Positions 9,622 to 20,961 of a DNA stretch of 64,000 bases are shown here, in pieces (the first letter of the stretch is position 1; every line of letters starts with the position of its first letter). The notes under the pieces were generated by a model that ran no database searches, had not been told where the DNA came from, and worked only from the letters and a program-made list of their open reading frames with translations. A program made the translations under genes and the position numbers. The DNA lies in assembly GCA_965214605.1 (NCBI GenBank), contig OZ243961.1, positions 2,432,001 through 2,496,000 on the forward strand, written 5' to 3'. This DNA comes from an uncultured Candidatus Binatia bacterium. Lineage in GTDB: Bacteria > Desulfobacterota > Binatia > Bin18.

Positions 9622-10853
9622 GTGTATCTGCGTAGGAGGGGCTGCAAGGGGAGGTAGCGCTTGGCTGACGGTTGCCGTGCGTGTCCATTCGGGAGCCCGA
9701 AGACGCCCGCTATTGGCCAGCTTTGATTGAGGCAGTGTTATCCTGGCGCTCAGGCCTTTACCAGCGCTCGGGACAGAAAGATCGGACGGCAGGGCTCCAC
9801 TTGATCTGGAACCCCATGATTGGGGCCGAGAGCCCGAGGGGGATCTCGTGGACATGATCCGAGCCCACCCCAGGTCGCAATTTTCCCTACGCCACTCGCG
9901 TTTGCGCAAAACCTAAATCTTGACCCCTCTGGGGGCCGCATCAAACGCCAGGATGAGCTTGGCGGACGCATTGACGCGGGGTCCTCTGCTTGCCCTGGGG
10001 GGCGTCAATCCTGATCAACGCATTTGAAAAGCCGCTCCAACTAGCGCTCACGTCGATCAAGGCCTCCGGCTCACGGGGAAAGCCAAGAGGTCGCGGCAGC
10101 TGAGCTACGAGGAATGATCCGCGTCCCAGAAGCGTTCGTCAATGCCGGTGTGCAGGGTCGTTTGCCAACGGGGTAGTCACGGTTGGGGGCGGTTGAGGCA
10201 GACTGATGCCAATTAAGGTGTGGGTCGGCCGACGACACGACCGACCCACCTCTCTCATGCTGATGTCTGACCAGAGCGGCCGGTCGATTGGCTCTGATGT
10301 CAACACTCGGATATCCCGCTTGCTGGTCTGTCGTCCTATTCGCCATTGCGGAACGATTATCCGGCCGCCTCTTTCTGGGTCATTTGGGCTCTTCCTTTGC
10401 GGCTCCGTGAGCCCTCCGCCGTCAGCTTGGCTGCTCGGCCTTCGGTTGCCGCCTGTTCTATTGGAGAGACAGGCCGCCTGCCTAGGCTGGCCCCCCGGTC
10501 TCGGGAAGAGTTCGGCCGTGAGCGGTGTTGATTTCCAGCTTGATTGAAGCCGATGCCCTGTTAGGGGGGCATGCGGTGTACAGGTAGAGGAGAGAGGGCC
10601 ATCTGCAGAATCCTGTGCTGTAGCGGACGATCTCGGTCCCTCGTGGACTCCTGGCTCGAATGCCCTTCATCAGTCTGCTCAACCGCCCTACCGGACGAAA
10701 GCCTGAGGAATTGCCAGAGGAAAAAATCGAGCGGTTGCAGAGCCCTCTCCACTCTCCTCACTATGAGTTCCATATTCCGAGAATCGCTGCCTCGAAATCC
10801 ATGCCGGATAAATCTCGCATTTCGCTTCTCCCTCTACGCTCCCTTCCACCGGT

Positions 10854-12182
10854 CTATAAGGTGAACCGAAACCCCTCGACCAAGGCGCCCGGTCCTCGAA
10901 AACTGCTGGTCGAACGAGCGTAGTAGGTGCTGGGATCAAGCAGAAAATCACGCTCTGCAGAGAGTCCGAGTAGGTTGTCACCCAACAACCGATACAGCGT
11001 CTCGTCAAAGCGCATGACGTTGAGCGGGGCCTGGATCTCGCCGCGTTCTACCCAAAGGGTCGCAAAGCGGGTCATGCCGGTGATACGACACGCGGTTCGA
11101 TCGGAATAGTTGAGGTACCACAGGTTGTTGATATACACGCCGGTATCTAACTGACGCAGGACCTCGCTCTCCGGAATCGTCCCGGCGGCCAGGTCCAAAG
11201 AGGCGGGCATTTCCCAACTCGACGCACCGTTGGTTGGGACGCCGTACTCTTTGGCCGAACGGGGCGAGACTAAACACTCACCAAAAGCTCCTGCCTTAAT
11301 CAGGCTCACCTGAGCGGGTTTGAGAAAGCCGGCGCCTTGAAAATTGGCCGCAACACCAGCGGCGGTATTTTCTTGGAGCGTGACCTGCGGACTCAGCGTC
11401 AGGCCCTCCTCTACCATCTTGAGCAGGGTTGTTTGCTTGGTGCGGTGATCTTTCAGCCCAAACCCGCCCCAAGACAGCAGCTCTAAAATTTCAACCAGAG
11501 CGGTCGGAGCCAGATAGACCCGGTACTCGCCTGGCTCAATCGTCCGTGCCGGCTTTGACAAGCCGGCCAGCTGTGCCTTGGCGGTATCCATCCTGTGGCT
11601 GAACTCGGTGGGGTCCCACACAAAACCGGCGTAGCGGCTCTTGATCGCTTTGTCCGCCTGTAAATACAAGCTCCAATCTAGATTATAGGTATAGGTCGAA
11701 AACCAGTTACGTTGACCAAAGGAGTTAGCAAACCCGCTGTAGATGCCGCCTGCGGCATAGATGCCGACCAAGTCATGACCGTGCCCGGCATCGAGTACGG
11801 CCGAAATAATGGCCCCGCTCTCTTCGGGCAGGTGGTTTTCGCCCAGGTGCTGACTCGACTGCACCTCGGTAGCGTACAGCAAATGCGGGTCCTCGGGCAG
11901 GTAGGACAGCTGTTCACGCAACTGTTCAATAAAGCTGGCCAGCCGGAGGCGGTCGAGGGCCAGATCGCCGGATAGCGCAAGCTCGCCCGAGGCGTGGCGG
12001 AGACCCTCAATCAGGTCACATGACAGCGTCCGTTGGCTGACGCTGCCGGCCTGGCGTATGGCGTTGCGGTTGAGGCGCACAAAGTCCGAGTCCTCAGCCG
12101 CAAAGCTGCACGTCGAGATTTCATTGCCGCTGAGCAGCGAGGTCAGAAAGTCGGCCAGGTCGGCAAAATATTCCTGCATCAT
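10854..12182 (-). CDS. TldE/PmbA family subunit
   Basis: C-terminal NNLWYLNYSD...TGMTRFA; overlaps the end of the TldD gene. Confidence 0.85.
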   Translation of the reverse strand: MMQEYFADLADFLTSLLSGNEISTCSFAAEDSDFVRLNRNAIRQAGSVSQRTLSCDLIEGLRHASGELALSGDLALDRLRLASFIEQLREQLSYLPEDPHLLYATEVQSSQHLGENHLPEESGAIISAVLDAGHGHDLVGIYAAGGIYSGFANSFGQRNWFSTYTYNLDWSLYLQADKAIKSRYAGFVWDPTEFSHRMDTAKAQLAGLSKPARTIEPGEYRVYLAPTALVEILELLSWGGFGLKDHRTKQTTLLKMVEEGLTLSPQVTLQENTAAGVAANFQGAGFLKPAQVSLIKAGAFGECLVSPRSAKEYGVPTNGASSWEMPASLDLAAGTIPESEVLRQLDTGVYINNLWYLNYSDRTACRITGMTRFATLWVERGEIQAPLNVMRFDETLYRLLGDNLLGLSAERDFLLDPSTYYARSTSSFRGPGALVEGFRFTL

Positions 12183-13621
12183 GTTGAGGCGCCTCCAAAG
12201 ACTTCAACATCGCCGAACAGACACGTCGGTGCGGCGTGGCCAACCCGTATAATTTGATTGGGTTCGCCCTTGCCGCAGTAGGGCGTCCCAAGGACTTGGA
12301 GTTGGCTGCCGACCATTTTAAGATTACGCCAGAAGGTCGCTGACACTCCCCGGTAGTTTGGGTTTTTGACCACCCTGGTCAGCCGGCCGTTTTCGATCAG
12401 CCGGCCCCACTCACAGCCAAACTGAAACTTATTGCGCGAATCATCAATCGACCACGATGTGTTGGTCTGCATATAAACGCCGCGTTCCACCGCTGCAACC
12501 ATCTCCTCAAAGCTGGACTCACCCGGTTCTAGGTTCAGGTTGGCCATCCGGTCTATGGGGGGCCGGTTCCAGCTCTGGGCACGGGAGTTGGCCACGCCGG
12601 GCAGTCCGGCACGCGTCTGCGAGGTGAGCCCACCCAAACCACGTTGCAGAATACCATGTCGAATCAGGTACGCACGCCGGGCGGGCTGGCCGTCGTCGTC
12701 AAAGCCATAGCTGGCAAACTCTTCGGCTCGGCTGGGATCGAAGGTGATATTGAGCAAGTCCGAACCGTACTGATAGCTGCCAAACATGTCCGGGGTGACA
12801 AAACTGGTTCCTGCGTAGTTGCGTTCATCACCCAGAATACGATCTAGCTCCAACGGATGGCCGATGGACTCATGGATCTGTAACATCATCTGATCCGGAG
12901 CAAGTAAGACATCCATCGTGTCCTGCGGACAGTTCGGGGCGTCGAGCAGCTCGAGGGCCTCGGCCGCAATCCGGGGAGCGGCAGCCTGGAATCCGGTCTG
13001 GTCCAGCACTTCTAGGCCACCCTGACGGCAGAAGCCGCGGCCCCCAAATGTCCGAACTTGAGTGTCTGAACCGGCGTTGGCCGTGGCGCTCAGCATCGGG
13101 ACGAGTGAACGCAGGCACTGTTGAGTGTGTCCTCCGCCCTCAGCGGTCAGATAGAGCGTTTCGTGCTCTGAGTAGAGCAGGCTGGCCTCCCAATCGACGA
13201 TGCGCGTATCCGTCTTGAGTTGCTCACAGACGCCGCGCAAGAGGTCAATCTTCTCACCTAGTGAAACCGAGACCCATGGTCGAGCAACCGGCGTGGTATA
13301 GGTCCCCTTCGGACTGATCAGCTGAAGTTGAGAAAAATCAAGGACACTGTGGTCGGCGCTGCGTCGGGCCCAGGCCCGCGCCTGTTCGGCCGCCCGACGC
13401 AGTCCCACCTGACTAAGGTCGCCGGTCGCGGCATAGCCAAGTCCGCGTCCGGCAATGACCGTAATCATTGCTCCTCGGTCTTCCGCACTTATCACAGGTT
13501 GGACAATATTCTGGCGAACGCAGACGTGCTGCGAACGCTCCTCGACCAGGCGCAAGGAGCAAAAATCAGCCTGCGGAGCAATGCGCTGAAAGCGTTCTTG
13601 AAGAGAAATGGTGTCGTCCAT
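12179..13621 (-). CDS. tldD: TldD family metalloprotease
   Basis: HESIGHPLE (HExxGH), DRMANL, YCGKGEPNQ motifs. Confidence 0.9.
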   Translation of the reverse strand: MDDTISLQERFQRIAPQADFCSLRLVEERSQHVCVRQNIVQPVISAEDRGAMITVIAGRGLGYAATGDLSQVGLRRAAEQARAWARRSADHSVLDFSQLQLISPKGTYTTPVARPWVSVSLGEKIDLLRGVCEQLKTDTRIVDWEASLLYSEHETLYLTAEGGGHTQQCLRSLVPMLSATANAGSDTQVRTFGGRGFCRQGGLEVLDQTGFQAAAPRIAAEALELLDAPNCPQDTMDVLLAPDQMMLQIHESIGHPLELDRILGDERNYAGTSFVTPDMFGSYQYGSDLLNITFDPSRAEEFASYGFDDDGQPARRAYLIRHGILQRGLGGLTSQTRAGLPGVANSRAQSWNRPPIDRMANLNLEPGESSFEEMVAAVERGVYMQTNTSWSIDDSRNKFQFGCEWGRLIENGRLTRVVKNPNYRGVSATFWRNLKMVGSQLQVLGTPYCGKGEPNQIIRVGHAAPTCLFGDVEVFGGAST

Positions 13622-13725
13622 GCTCTAGCTCTCGAAGATTGGGCTGGGGGCCAGGCTGGCGATGAGGGCCGTTTTGCGCGTGGCCCAGACTGAAATAGTG
13701 GGAGGGATTGCCGAGGCCGCCCGTC

Positions 13726-14373
13726 TTAGATCGGCCAGTCTGCACCGTTCAGGGCCATGTCCCAAAATACATATTCATACCGAACGGTGAGGCGAAAGAG
13801 GTCTTCCATACGGGTGCGTTCGGCAGCCCCACACTCGGCGGCGACCTGGTCGAGGCCGTGTTCGACCTCACGCAGCCCGGTCTCGAATGCCTCGCCACTC
13901 CAGTGATCGATAAAGCGTTGGTAGGGACTGGTCCGGCGTTGTCGGTGTTTGACCCGGCTCCAAGAATCGTAATACGCCCGCTCCACCCCGTACAGCACGG
14001 CAAAGGACTCGGCAAAATTCCGGGTGTGGACAGTGGCCTGCAAAAACATCATGTAAGCGTGACAGACAGGATTCGGTTCGATCTTGTCCAGACTGACGTC
14101 GAGGTCTGCGGCCATAGTCTCGAACATGTCGAGCTCGCCGGACAGGCCAGGAATAAAAGTGCCGATCAGACGCTGGAGCTGGGGTGGGGCCTTGGCAATC
14201 AGCCCGCCAATGACCCGTATCTCTTCGCGGACAAACACATAATCCTGTTGCAGCCAGGTCTCAAAACGCCCCGGCGGGAGACTCCCGTCGGCTGTCTGGC
14301 GTAAAAAGGGGTGGTCCAACAGTGCCGCCCATTGCGGCTCGACGGTGCTTAACAGATGAGCGCAGAAATCCAT
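13726..14373 (-). CDS. TenA (thiaminase II) family protein
   Basis: HPFL...GSL...WLQQDY, YEYVFWDMA; start MDFCA at 14373. Confidence 0.85.
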   Translation of the reverse strand: MDFCAHLLSTVEPQWAALLDHPFLRQTADGSLPPGRFETWLQQDYVFVREEIRVIGGLIAKAPPQLQRLIGTFIPGLSGELDMFETMAADLDVSLDKIEPNPVCHAYMMFLQATVHTRNFAESFAVLYGVERAYYDSWSRVKHRQRRTSPYQRFIDHWSGEAFETGLREVEHGLDQVAAECGAAERTRMEDLFRLTVRYEYVFWDMALNGADWPI

Positions 14374-14413
14374 AATCGCAGTCTTTCTCCGGGCACGGGC
14401 GAGCGGCGTTGCG

Positions 14414-15562
14414 CTAGTGGCCAAGCGGAAACCCGTAGAGCTTGCCGACGTTTTCGTAGACGAGCTTGCGCCGGATATCTTCCGGCAGATGTCCGAGCTG
14501 TTTGTGTAAAAAGTCTTGGGAGTCCGGCCACACGCCGTCCGGATGGGGGAAGTCCGAGCCCCACATGACGTTGTTGACGCCAACCTTCTCAATCTGGTCA
14601 ATGCCGGTCTGATCCTGCTGGAAGGTCGCGTACATCTGACGGTACCAGTACTCACTAGGTTTCATTGTCAGCTCAAGATCCCTAAACTGGTCCTCCCACT
14701 CATAATCCATGCGTTCGAGCACATAGGGGATCCAGCCAATGCCGGCTTCGCCGATCACGACCTTCAGATTTGGATGGCGCTCGAGGGCTCCGCTATAGAT
14801 GATCCCACCCATAAAGCCGGCCATTGAGATCTGAAACTCGGTCAAAATCGTTGCCAGCCACATCCGTCGTGAGCGGTGGTCTTGCAGCCACTTCATATCA
14901 GCTTTGGGGCCGATAGTGTGCAGGTGGATGGGAGTGCCGGTTTCGTGGGCCGCCAGCCACACCGGCTCCCAGTCCAGATGCCACAGTGGCTTCATATCGT
15001 GCCGGACCGCTAGCTCCGCACCCCTTAGGCCCATTTTGGCACAGCGCCGGATCTCTTGGGCCGCCTGCTCTTCGGTCGATGTGGGTAGACTCGCCACACA
15101 CGCAAAACGGCTGGGGTTGGTTTTGGTGAAGTCGGCGGCGAAATCGTTATAAATGGTCACCACCACGTCGCTGACCTCGGGGTCATTGATGCGACTAGCC
15201 GCGCCTAAAACCCCATACAGGACTTCGCCGGCCACGCCGTCGCGCTCCTGATCTTTGAGCCGGAGCTCAGGCATAACGGTCCGCATGATACCCCGGCTTT
15301 GGTCTTCGTACAGACCCGTTTCGGCCATCCGGTCGGCCCGATAAATTTGGCCCGGGACATACTGGCGCCCGGCTGAACCCATACCGCCAACGAGTCCCAT
15401 GGCCGTCCCCTGGTGCGACACCCAGGTTTTGCCCTCCGGTTTGTCTACGACCTTGGGCATTTTGTCTTTCAGACTGCCCGGAGCGTTGTCGGTAAACAGG
15501 GTGGCCGGCAAACACGGCAGATCAATGTGGCCGTCCGCGGAAATAACGGGATGATTAAACAT
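14414..15562 (-). CDS. Amidohydrolase_2 family protein
   Basis: ISADGH, HLH, EAGIGW, WGSDFPH motifs. Confidence 0.9.
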   Translation of the reverse strand: MFNHPVISADGHIDLPCLPATLFTDNAPGSLKDKMPKVVDKPEGKTWVSHQGTAMGLVGGMGSAGRQYVPGQIYRADRMAETGLYEDQSRGIMRTVMPELRLKDQERDGVAGEVLYGVLGAASRINDPEVSDVVVTIYNDFAADFTKTNPSRFACVASLPTSTEEQAAQEIRRCAKMGLRGAELAVRHDMKPLWHLDWEPVWLAAHETGTPIHLHTIGPKADMKWLQDHRSRRMWLATILTEFQISMAGFMGGIIYSGALERHPNLKVVIGEAGIGWIPYVLERMDYEWEDQFRDLELTMKPSEYWYRQMYATFQQDQTGIDQIEKVGVNNVMWGSDFPHPDGVWPDSQDFLHKQLGHLPEDIRRKLVYENVGKLYGFPLGH

Positions 15563-15692
15563 GGTCTTTGCCTCCCTTTGCTTTGTCCCCTTTTACTGTA
15601 GCAGAAACCACCATTGCCAGAAAAGCGACCGCTAGACCAGGCTGAGCAATACCCTTGTGCTCCCTCGGTCGCTGTGAAACAACGAACACACC

Positions 15693-16892
15693 ATGAACCG
15701 TCGCGTTTTTTATACGCTCAATATTGCCGTTTTTACCTCCATGCTGGGTATGGGCATTGTGCTGCCCTTTATGCCGATTTACGCCAGGACCTTGGGGGCG
15801 ACCGGTATTACCATCGGCGTCTTTTTTGCCAGCTTTCCCCTAGCCCAGATGGTGTTTATGCCAATGATCGGCCGGCTGTCAGACCGGCACGGTCGCAAGA
15901 TGTTTATTGCGGCCGGCCTGCTTGGCAGCAGCCTGCTGTCGCTGTGGTACGTGTATGCTCCAAACATGCTGTATCTGACCCTGGGCCGCTTTTTGCAGGG
16001 CGCGGCGGTGGCCTTAACCCTGCCGATCGCTACCGCCTATGTGGGCGATATCGCTCCGCCCGAAAAGCGCGGGACGCTGATGGGCATCTTTAATCTCTCT
16101 ATAACTAGCAGCATCGGTTTCGGACCGTTGGTCGGTGGATGGCTAAGCGATCAGTACGGCATGGAGTCCAGCTTTTACTGGATGTGCTTTTTGAATGCGT
16201 TGGCCTGCGTCCTGGTGCTCGTCCTGCTGCCCACATCCCACTCAGCCGAGAGGGCGACCACCCGGCAGGTCTCATATCGACAGCTGTTGGCCCGCCCCCG
16301 GATCAAGGGGCTGGCCCTGTACCGCGTGGTTAACACCATTCAGATGGGATTGTGGTTTTCGTTTCTGCCGCTGCTGGGGACCGAGATCCTTCAGCTGAAC
16401 CATACGATGATCGGCTGGGCGCTGGCTTGTTACATGTTGGTTAGTTCCTTGGTCCAGGTGCCCTTCGGCCGTATGGCCGACCGTTTTAGTAAACGCCTCC
16501 TCATTATCGCCAGCGGTCTGATTGGCTCGTTTGTGTTTTCCTTTATCTTTTTTGTCTGGGCCTTTTGGCATCTGATGCTTATCGCCGCCGTTACCGGAGC
16601 GATGGGTGCCATGGCTATGCCGGCGCTCAACGCTCTGGCCGCAGAAGAGGGCCAGGATGGAAATATGGGGGCGGTCATGGGTATGCTCAACATGGCTATG
16701 AGCGTCGGTATGATGCTGGGGCCGGTCCTGGGCGGACTAGTGCTTGACGTTTCTGGCTTGCGACCCTTGTTCCTGTTCGGAGCCGCAGCCGGTCTGCTCG
16801 GGACCTGTGGCTTTGCCCGGCTGGCCGCCGCCACCCCGAGCCCGGCGGTAGCCGCGCCGCGTTTAGCCGAAGGACCGACCGAGGCCGGTTAG
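15693..16892 (+). CDS. MFS transporter (DHA1-like)
   Basis: GRLSDRHGRK motif A, about 12 TM helices. Confidence 0.9.
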   Translation: MNRRVFYTLNIAVFTSMLGMGIVLPFMPIYARTLGATGITIGVFFASFPLAQMVFMPMIGRLSDRHGRKMFIAAGLLGSSLLSLWYVYAPNMLYLTLGRFLQGAAVALTLPIATAYVGDIAPPEKRGTLMGIFNLSITSSIGFGPLVGGWLSDQYGMESSFYWMCFLNALACVLVLVLLPTSHSAERATTRQVSYRQLLARPRIKGLALYRVVNTIQMGLWFSFLPLLGTEILQLNHTMIGWALACYMLVSSLVQVPFGRMADRFSKRLLIIASGLIGSFVFSFIFFVWAFWHLMLIAAVTGAMGAMAMPALNALAAEEGQDGNMGAVMGMLNMAMSVGMMLGPVLGGLVLDVSGLRPLFLFGAAAGLLGTCGFARLAAATPSPAVAAPRLAEGPTEAG

Positions 16893-16918
16893 TCGCTCCG
16901 CTCCGGCCAGAGAAAATT

Positions 16919-18340
16919 ATGGACATCCACACGACCCGTCACTTTGTCGAACACGCCTGGACGGACAGGATTATCCCTGCCCTGACCGACTATTTACGGA
17001 TTCCAAACCAGTCGCCTGCCTATGACCCGGACTGGAAGACCAACGGCTATATGGATCAAGCGGTTGAGCTGCTCGCCGCTTGGGTACGGGCGCAGGACGT
17101 GCCCGGCCTCACTCTCGACGTAATCCACTTGGACGGACGGACGCCGCTGCTGTTTATCGAGGTACCCGGACAGACCCAAGAGACCGTACTGTTGTACGGA
17201 CACCTCGACAAGCAGCCACCCATGCACGGCTGGAACGAGGGCCTCGGCCCGTGGACTCCGGTCCTCACCGACGGCAGGCTGTACGGCCGGGGCGGGGCTG
17301 ACGATGGCTATGCTGGGTTTGCCTCCCTGACCGCCATCCAAGCCTTGCAACGCCAGGGCTTGCCCCACGCCCGATGCATCATTGTCATCGAAGCCGATGA
17401 AGAGAGCGGCAGCGGGGATCTGCCTTACTATATCAACGCGCTCAAAGAGCGGATTGGTTCACCAAGTCTGGTCATCTGTCTTGATTCCGGGTGCGGCAAC
17501 TACGACCAGCTATGGATCACCACTTCTCTGCGCGGTCTGCTGATGGGAACGCTGTCGGTCTCGACTATTACCGAGGGAGTCCATTCCGGGGCGGCGAGCG
17601 GAATCGTCCCCTCCTCGTTCCGCGTCCTGCGCCAGGTGCTCAGCCGCTTGGAAGACCAGCAAACGGGCAGCATCCTTCCCGCTGAGCTGTACGCTGAAAT
17701 CCCCGCTGAGCGCCTGCGTCAGGCTACGGCCGCGGCCGGAGTGTTGGGCACGTCTGTCTCGGCAATGTTCCCGTTTCAGGTCGGCAGTGTGCCCGTGACG
17801 AGCGATAACAAAGAATTGCTGCTCAACCGAACATGGCGTCCCCAGCTCGAAATCACCGGCGCGGCCGGATTGCCGGCGCTCGACCAGGCGGGCAATGTCT
17901 TACGACCGCTCACCGCGGTCCAGGTCTCGCTGCGTCTGCCGCCTCTCGTCGATCCAGACCAGGCTATGGCGTTTGTGAAGCAGCTGCTAGAAAAAGATCC
18001 GCCGTACGGTGCCAAGCTTAGCTTTGAACCCGGTATGAGTGCCTCAGGATGGAACGCGCCCGCACTTGCCCCATGGTTGGAGGAGTCGCTGAAGCAGGCT
18101 TCGGACGAGTTCTTCGGCCGTCCGGCGTGTTATATGGGCGAGGGCGGAACGATTCCCTTCATGGGCATGTTGGGCGAGACATTTCCCCAGGCCCAGTTCA
18201 TGATTACCGGGGTCTTGGGACCGCGCTCAAACGCCCACGGTCCGAACGAATTTCTTGAACTCTCAACCGGGGTGAAACTGACTTGCTGTGTGGCCCGGAT
18301 CCTAGCCGATCATTACCTGGTCACGCAGAGTGGTACGTGA
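16919..18340 (+). CDS. M20 family peptidase/deacylase (ArgE/DapE-like)
   Basis: YGHLDKQP, GRGGADDG, EESGS, NAHGPNE motifs. Confidence 0.92.
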   Translation: MDIHTTRHFVEHAWTDRIIPALTDYLRIPNQSPAYDPDWKTNGYMDQAVELLAAWVRAQDVPGLTLDVIHLDGRTPLLFIEVPGQTQETVLLYGHLDKQPPMHGWNEGLGPWTPVLTDGRLYGRGGADDGYAGFASLTAIQALQRQGLPHARCIIVIEADEESGSGDLPYYINALKERIGSPSLVICLDSGCGNYDQLWITTSLRGLLMGTLSVSTITEGVHSGAASGIVPSSFRVLRQVLSRLEDQQTGSILPAELYAEIPAERLRQATAAAGVLGTSVSAMFPFQVGSVPVTSDNKELLLNRTWRPQLEITGAAGLPALDQAGNVLRPLTAVQVSLRLPPLVDPDQAMAFVKQLLEKDPPYGAKLSFEPGMSASGWNAPALAPWLEESLKQASDEFFGRPACYMGEGGTIPFMGMLGETFPQAQFMITGVLGPRSNAHGPNEFLELSTGVKLTCCVARILADHYLVTQSGT

Positions 18341-18357
18341 AACTCAGGGTAATCCGA

Positions 18358-19420
18358 CTAGCTCAATGTCATCGGTCTTGAGGCGGCACGACACCGGCTG
18401 GTTGCCGTCACGTCGGAAGATTCGGTCTCTGTCGGAGTTGACCTATCGGCCTTACAGGGGATGTGCTGGATTACATCGGCATCGGACCACCCTTGCCCGG
18501 TCGTGATGACCTTGGAGTCTAATGTTGCGGCCCCATAGGTTGGAGTAGACCATTCCGGTGAAGTAGATGCCTGAGCCGATACACGTGGGGAAGCGGCTGG
18601 CGTTGATACAGTCATCATACAGGTTACCGAACAGGTATGCGAGGGAATGCTCTCGGTCCGGCCTTCCGCTCCGACGATCTCTCTGCCGAGTTTGGCTAAG
18701 GCCACTCCGCCTGGGCCCAAGAGCGCTGAGGTCTCGGTTGTCTGGCGGTATCGTGGTAGAAGTAGCCAGCTTCAGCCGAAAGCCGCCTAGCGGCAAATGA
18801 TCCAAGAGATGTAGCGCAGGCGGTCCCATGAGCCGCCGCGGTCCTGGAAGGTGCCAAAATTAACCCAGCGGCCTTTCACGCCCAGAGAAAGCGATTCGGT
18901 CAGCGCGTAGTCCAGCCCAAACAGCACTTGGTAGCCGAAGAGCGTATCTATGAGAGTACTCTGCTCGCTGGTAACCGCTCCGGCAATGCTACGGCGGATC
19001 TGCGCTGCATTACTCAAGCCCTGGCCGGCCGTGCTGCTATCCGGGTCCATGTTCCGTACCCATAGGGCGGCGTAATCTATGTCGGTGAAGCCGACACCGA
19101 CGCCAACGGAGGGCGGTTGCTGCTGAAAATTGGTTATATTCCGAGTTGCGGTAGAAGTACTCCAACTCCAGCCGTAAGCGGCCCAGAGGAAAATCCGGCA
19201 GCCTGTTCCGCAGGCTGTAGCCGACCGCGGCGCCAGCCAGGATACCTTCGGCGGCGTCGAACTCGCTCATCCATCTCTCGCCTCGGCCAGCTGGGGTCTC
19301 TACAACCGGGAACATCCACAAAGAGGGGGGTGTAGAATTCGTCGCACACGGTGGCCCGGTCATTGTCGTTTTCATCAAAATCTGGCCCCGATATCGCTGC
19401 TCAGGCAAAAGCCCGAGCCG
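18358..19420 (-). pseudogene. Frameshifted outer-membrane beta-barrel (P44/Msp2/Opa-like), apparently two tandem barrel units
   Basis: Fragments in different frames: GAAVGYS..RLELEYFYR; FGYQVLFGLDYALTESLSLGVKGRWV; then again EAGYFY..LAKLGREIV..LFGNLY..SRF. Confidence 0.7.
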
Positions 19421-19678
19421 GCCTGGACCAAGCTGAGAGGAAATGGACATGTTGCGATGAAGCAAGTTAAAAAGAAAACTGTCCACCCCACGCATTTCCC
19501 CTCGACGCTGCTGAGCTGGCTGGGCGCCCTTCCCTCTCCATCCAGAGCGGATTTTTCAAGTCAAAAGACGCCGTCACGGCTTGGTGTTGCTGATAGCCGC
19601 GTGGTTTCCCGTAAACTACGCGTTGCCTTGCCCATGGATTTCAGTTAGGGGTAGGCAATCACGCAGAGAGGAGTTGTC

Positions 19679-20929
19679 ATGGAAAGTCGTGCGCCGTCGC
19701 TTTTACCGGAACAGTTTGGGCCTCTGCAAGGCGTCCGGATTCTGTCAACTGGCAGTCTGATTGCCCAGCCGTATGCTGCAGCACTGGCGGCCGAGATGGG
19801 CGCGGAGGTCATCCAGGTCGAACGTCCGGGCGAGGGGGACGCCGCCTGGCGCCACCTGGGCATGCAGCTGCCAGCCATGGACGGCACCGACCAGGTCGCC
19901 ACTACCTGGATCCAGGAACGACGCAACGAACTGTATACAACCCTGGATTTCAGTATCCCTGAGGGCAAGCAGATCTTCCTCAAGCTCATTGAGGCGTGTG
20001 ACATCTGGATGGAGAGTTCCAAGCCAGGCTCGTACACCAAGTGGGGACTCACAGATGACGTGGTGTTGCAGACCAACCCCAAGATTGTGATCGCCCATGT
20101 ATCGGGCTACGGCCAGACCGGTCATGAAGATTATCTGGGCCGGGCGTCGTACGACATGATTGGTCAAGCCTTTGGGGGCCTGATGTTCCAGACTGGATTT
20201 CCCGACCCCGAACCGCCAGTCCGAGCTAACCCGTGGACCGCCGACTATATTACCGCCCTGTTTTGCCTGTGGTCGTCGCTGTCGGGCTATATCTACGCCC
20301 AGCGGACGGGCAAAGGACAAGTCATTGACATCTCGCAGTTTGAGTCTATTCACCGTCTCCTGTCGGGCACCATGGTCGAGTATTTTGCCAACGGCTTTGT
20401 ACGGGGCCGGTCTGGCAATAAGGCTACCGCGTTTCAACCCTACGACGCCTTTCAGGCCAGCGACGGATGGGTAGTGATCGGCGCGGTTGGGCTGGCCGTC
20501 TTCTCGCGCGTGTGCCAAGCCATTGGCCTTGATCCAGAGGACAAGAAATGGCAGAAAGCCAGCTCCGACGTGAATTCGATTGAGGGTATCGAGTTTGACG
20601 CTCTGTTGCGCGGCTGGGTTGCCGAGCGGACTGTGGCCGAGGTGGTTGAGTCCTTAAACGCCGTCCAGGTCGCTTGTTGCCCGATCATGAACAGCAAGGA
20701 TATGGCAGAAGATCCACACTACCAGGCCCGTAAGCTCCACATTGAATGGGAAGACGGACAGGTCGGGAAGGTGAAGGGGACCGGGGTGACTCCGCTCTTT
20801 TCGGAGACCCCGGGCAAGATCTGGCGCGGTTCGGTCCCCGTTGGGTATGACAATGAAACCGTCTATACCAACCTGGCCGGGTTGAGTGCCGAAGAGGTCG
20901 CTCAGCTCAAAGAGAAAGGGGTGATCTAA
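19679..20929 (+). CDS. CoA transferase family III (CaiB/BaiF)
   Basis: GPLQGVRIL, MGAEVIQVE, SGYGQTG, YDMIGQA motifs. Confidence 0.92.
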   Translation: MESRAPSLLPEQFGPLQGVRILSTGSLIAQPYAAALAAEMGAEVIQVERPGEGDAAWRHLGMQLPAMDGTDQVATTWIQERRNELYTTLDFSIPEGKQIFLKLIEACDIWMESSKPGSYTKWGLTDDVVLQTNPKIVIAHVSGYGQTGHEDYLGRASYDMIGQAFGGLMFQTGFPDPEPPVRANPWTADYITALFCLWSSLSGYIYAQRTGKGQVIDISQFESIHRLLSGTMVEYFANGFVRGRSGNKATAFQPYDAFQASDGWVVIGAVGLAVFSRVCQAIGLDPEDKKWQKASSDVNSIEGIEFDALLRGWVAERTVAEVVESLNAVQVACCPIMNSKDMAEDPHYQARKLHIEWEDGQVGKVKGTGVTPLFSETPGKIWRGSVPVGYDNETVYTNLAGLSAEEVAQLKEKGVI

Positions 20930-20961
20930 AGAGTGTAAAAGGCTCGGCATACCCCTGCTCG

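Noticed and set aside
10854-13621. RiPP cluster around tldD/tldE
   Set aside because: No precursor peptide or YcaO/radical SAM maturase nearby; TldDE pairs are common housekeeping proteases.
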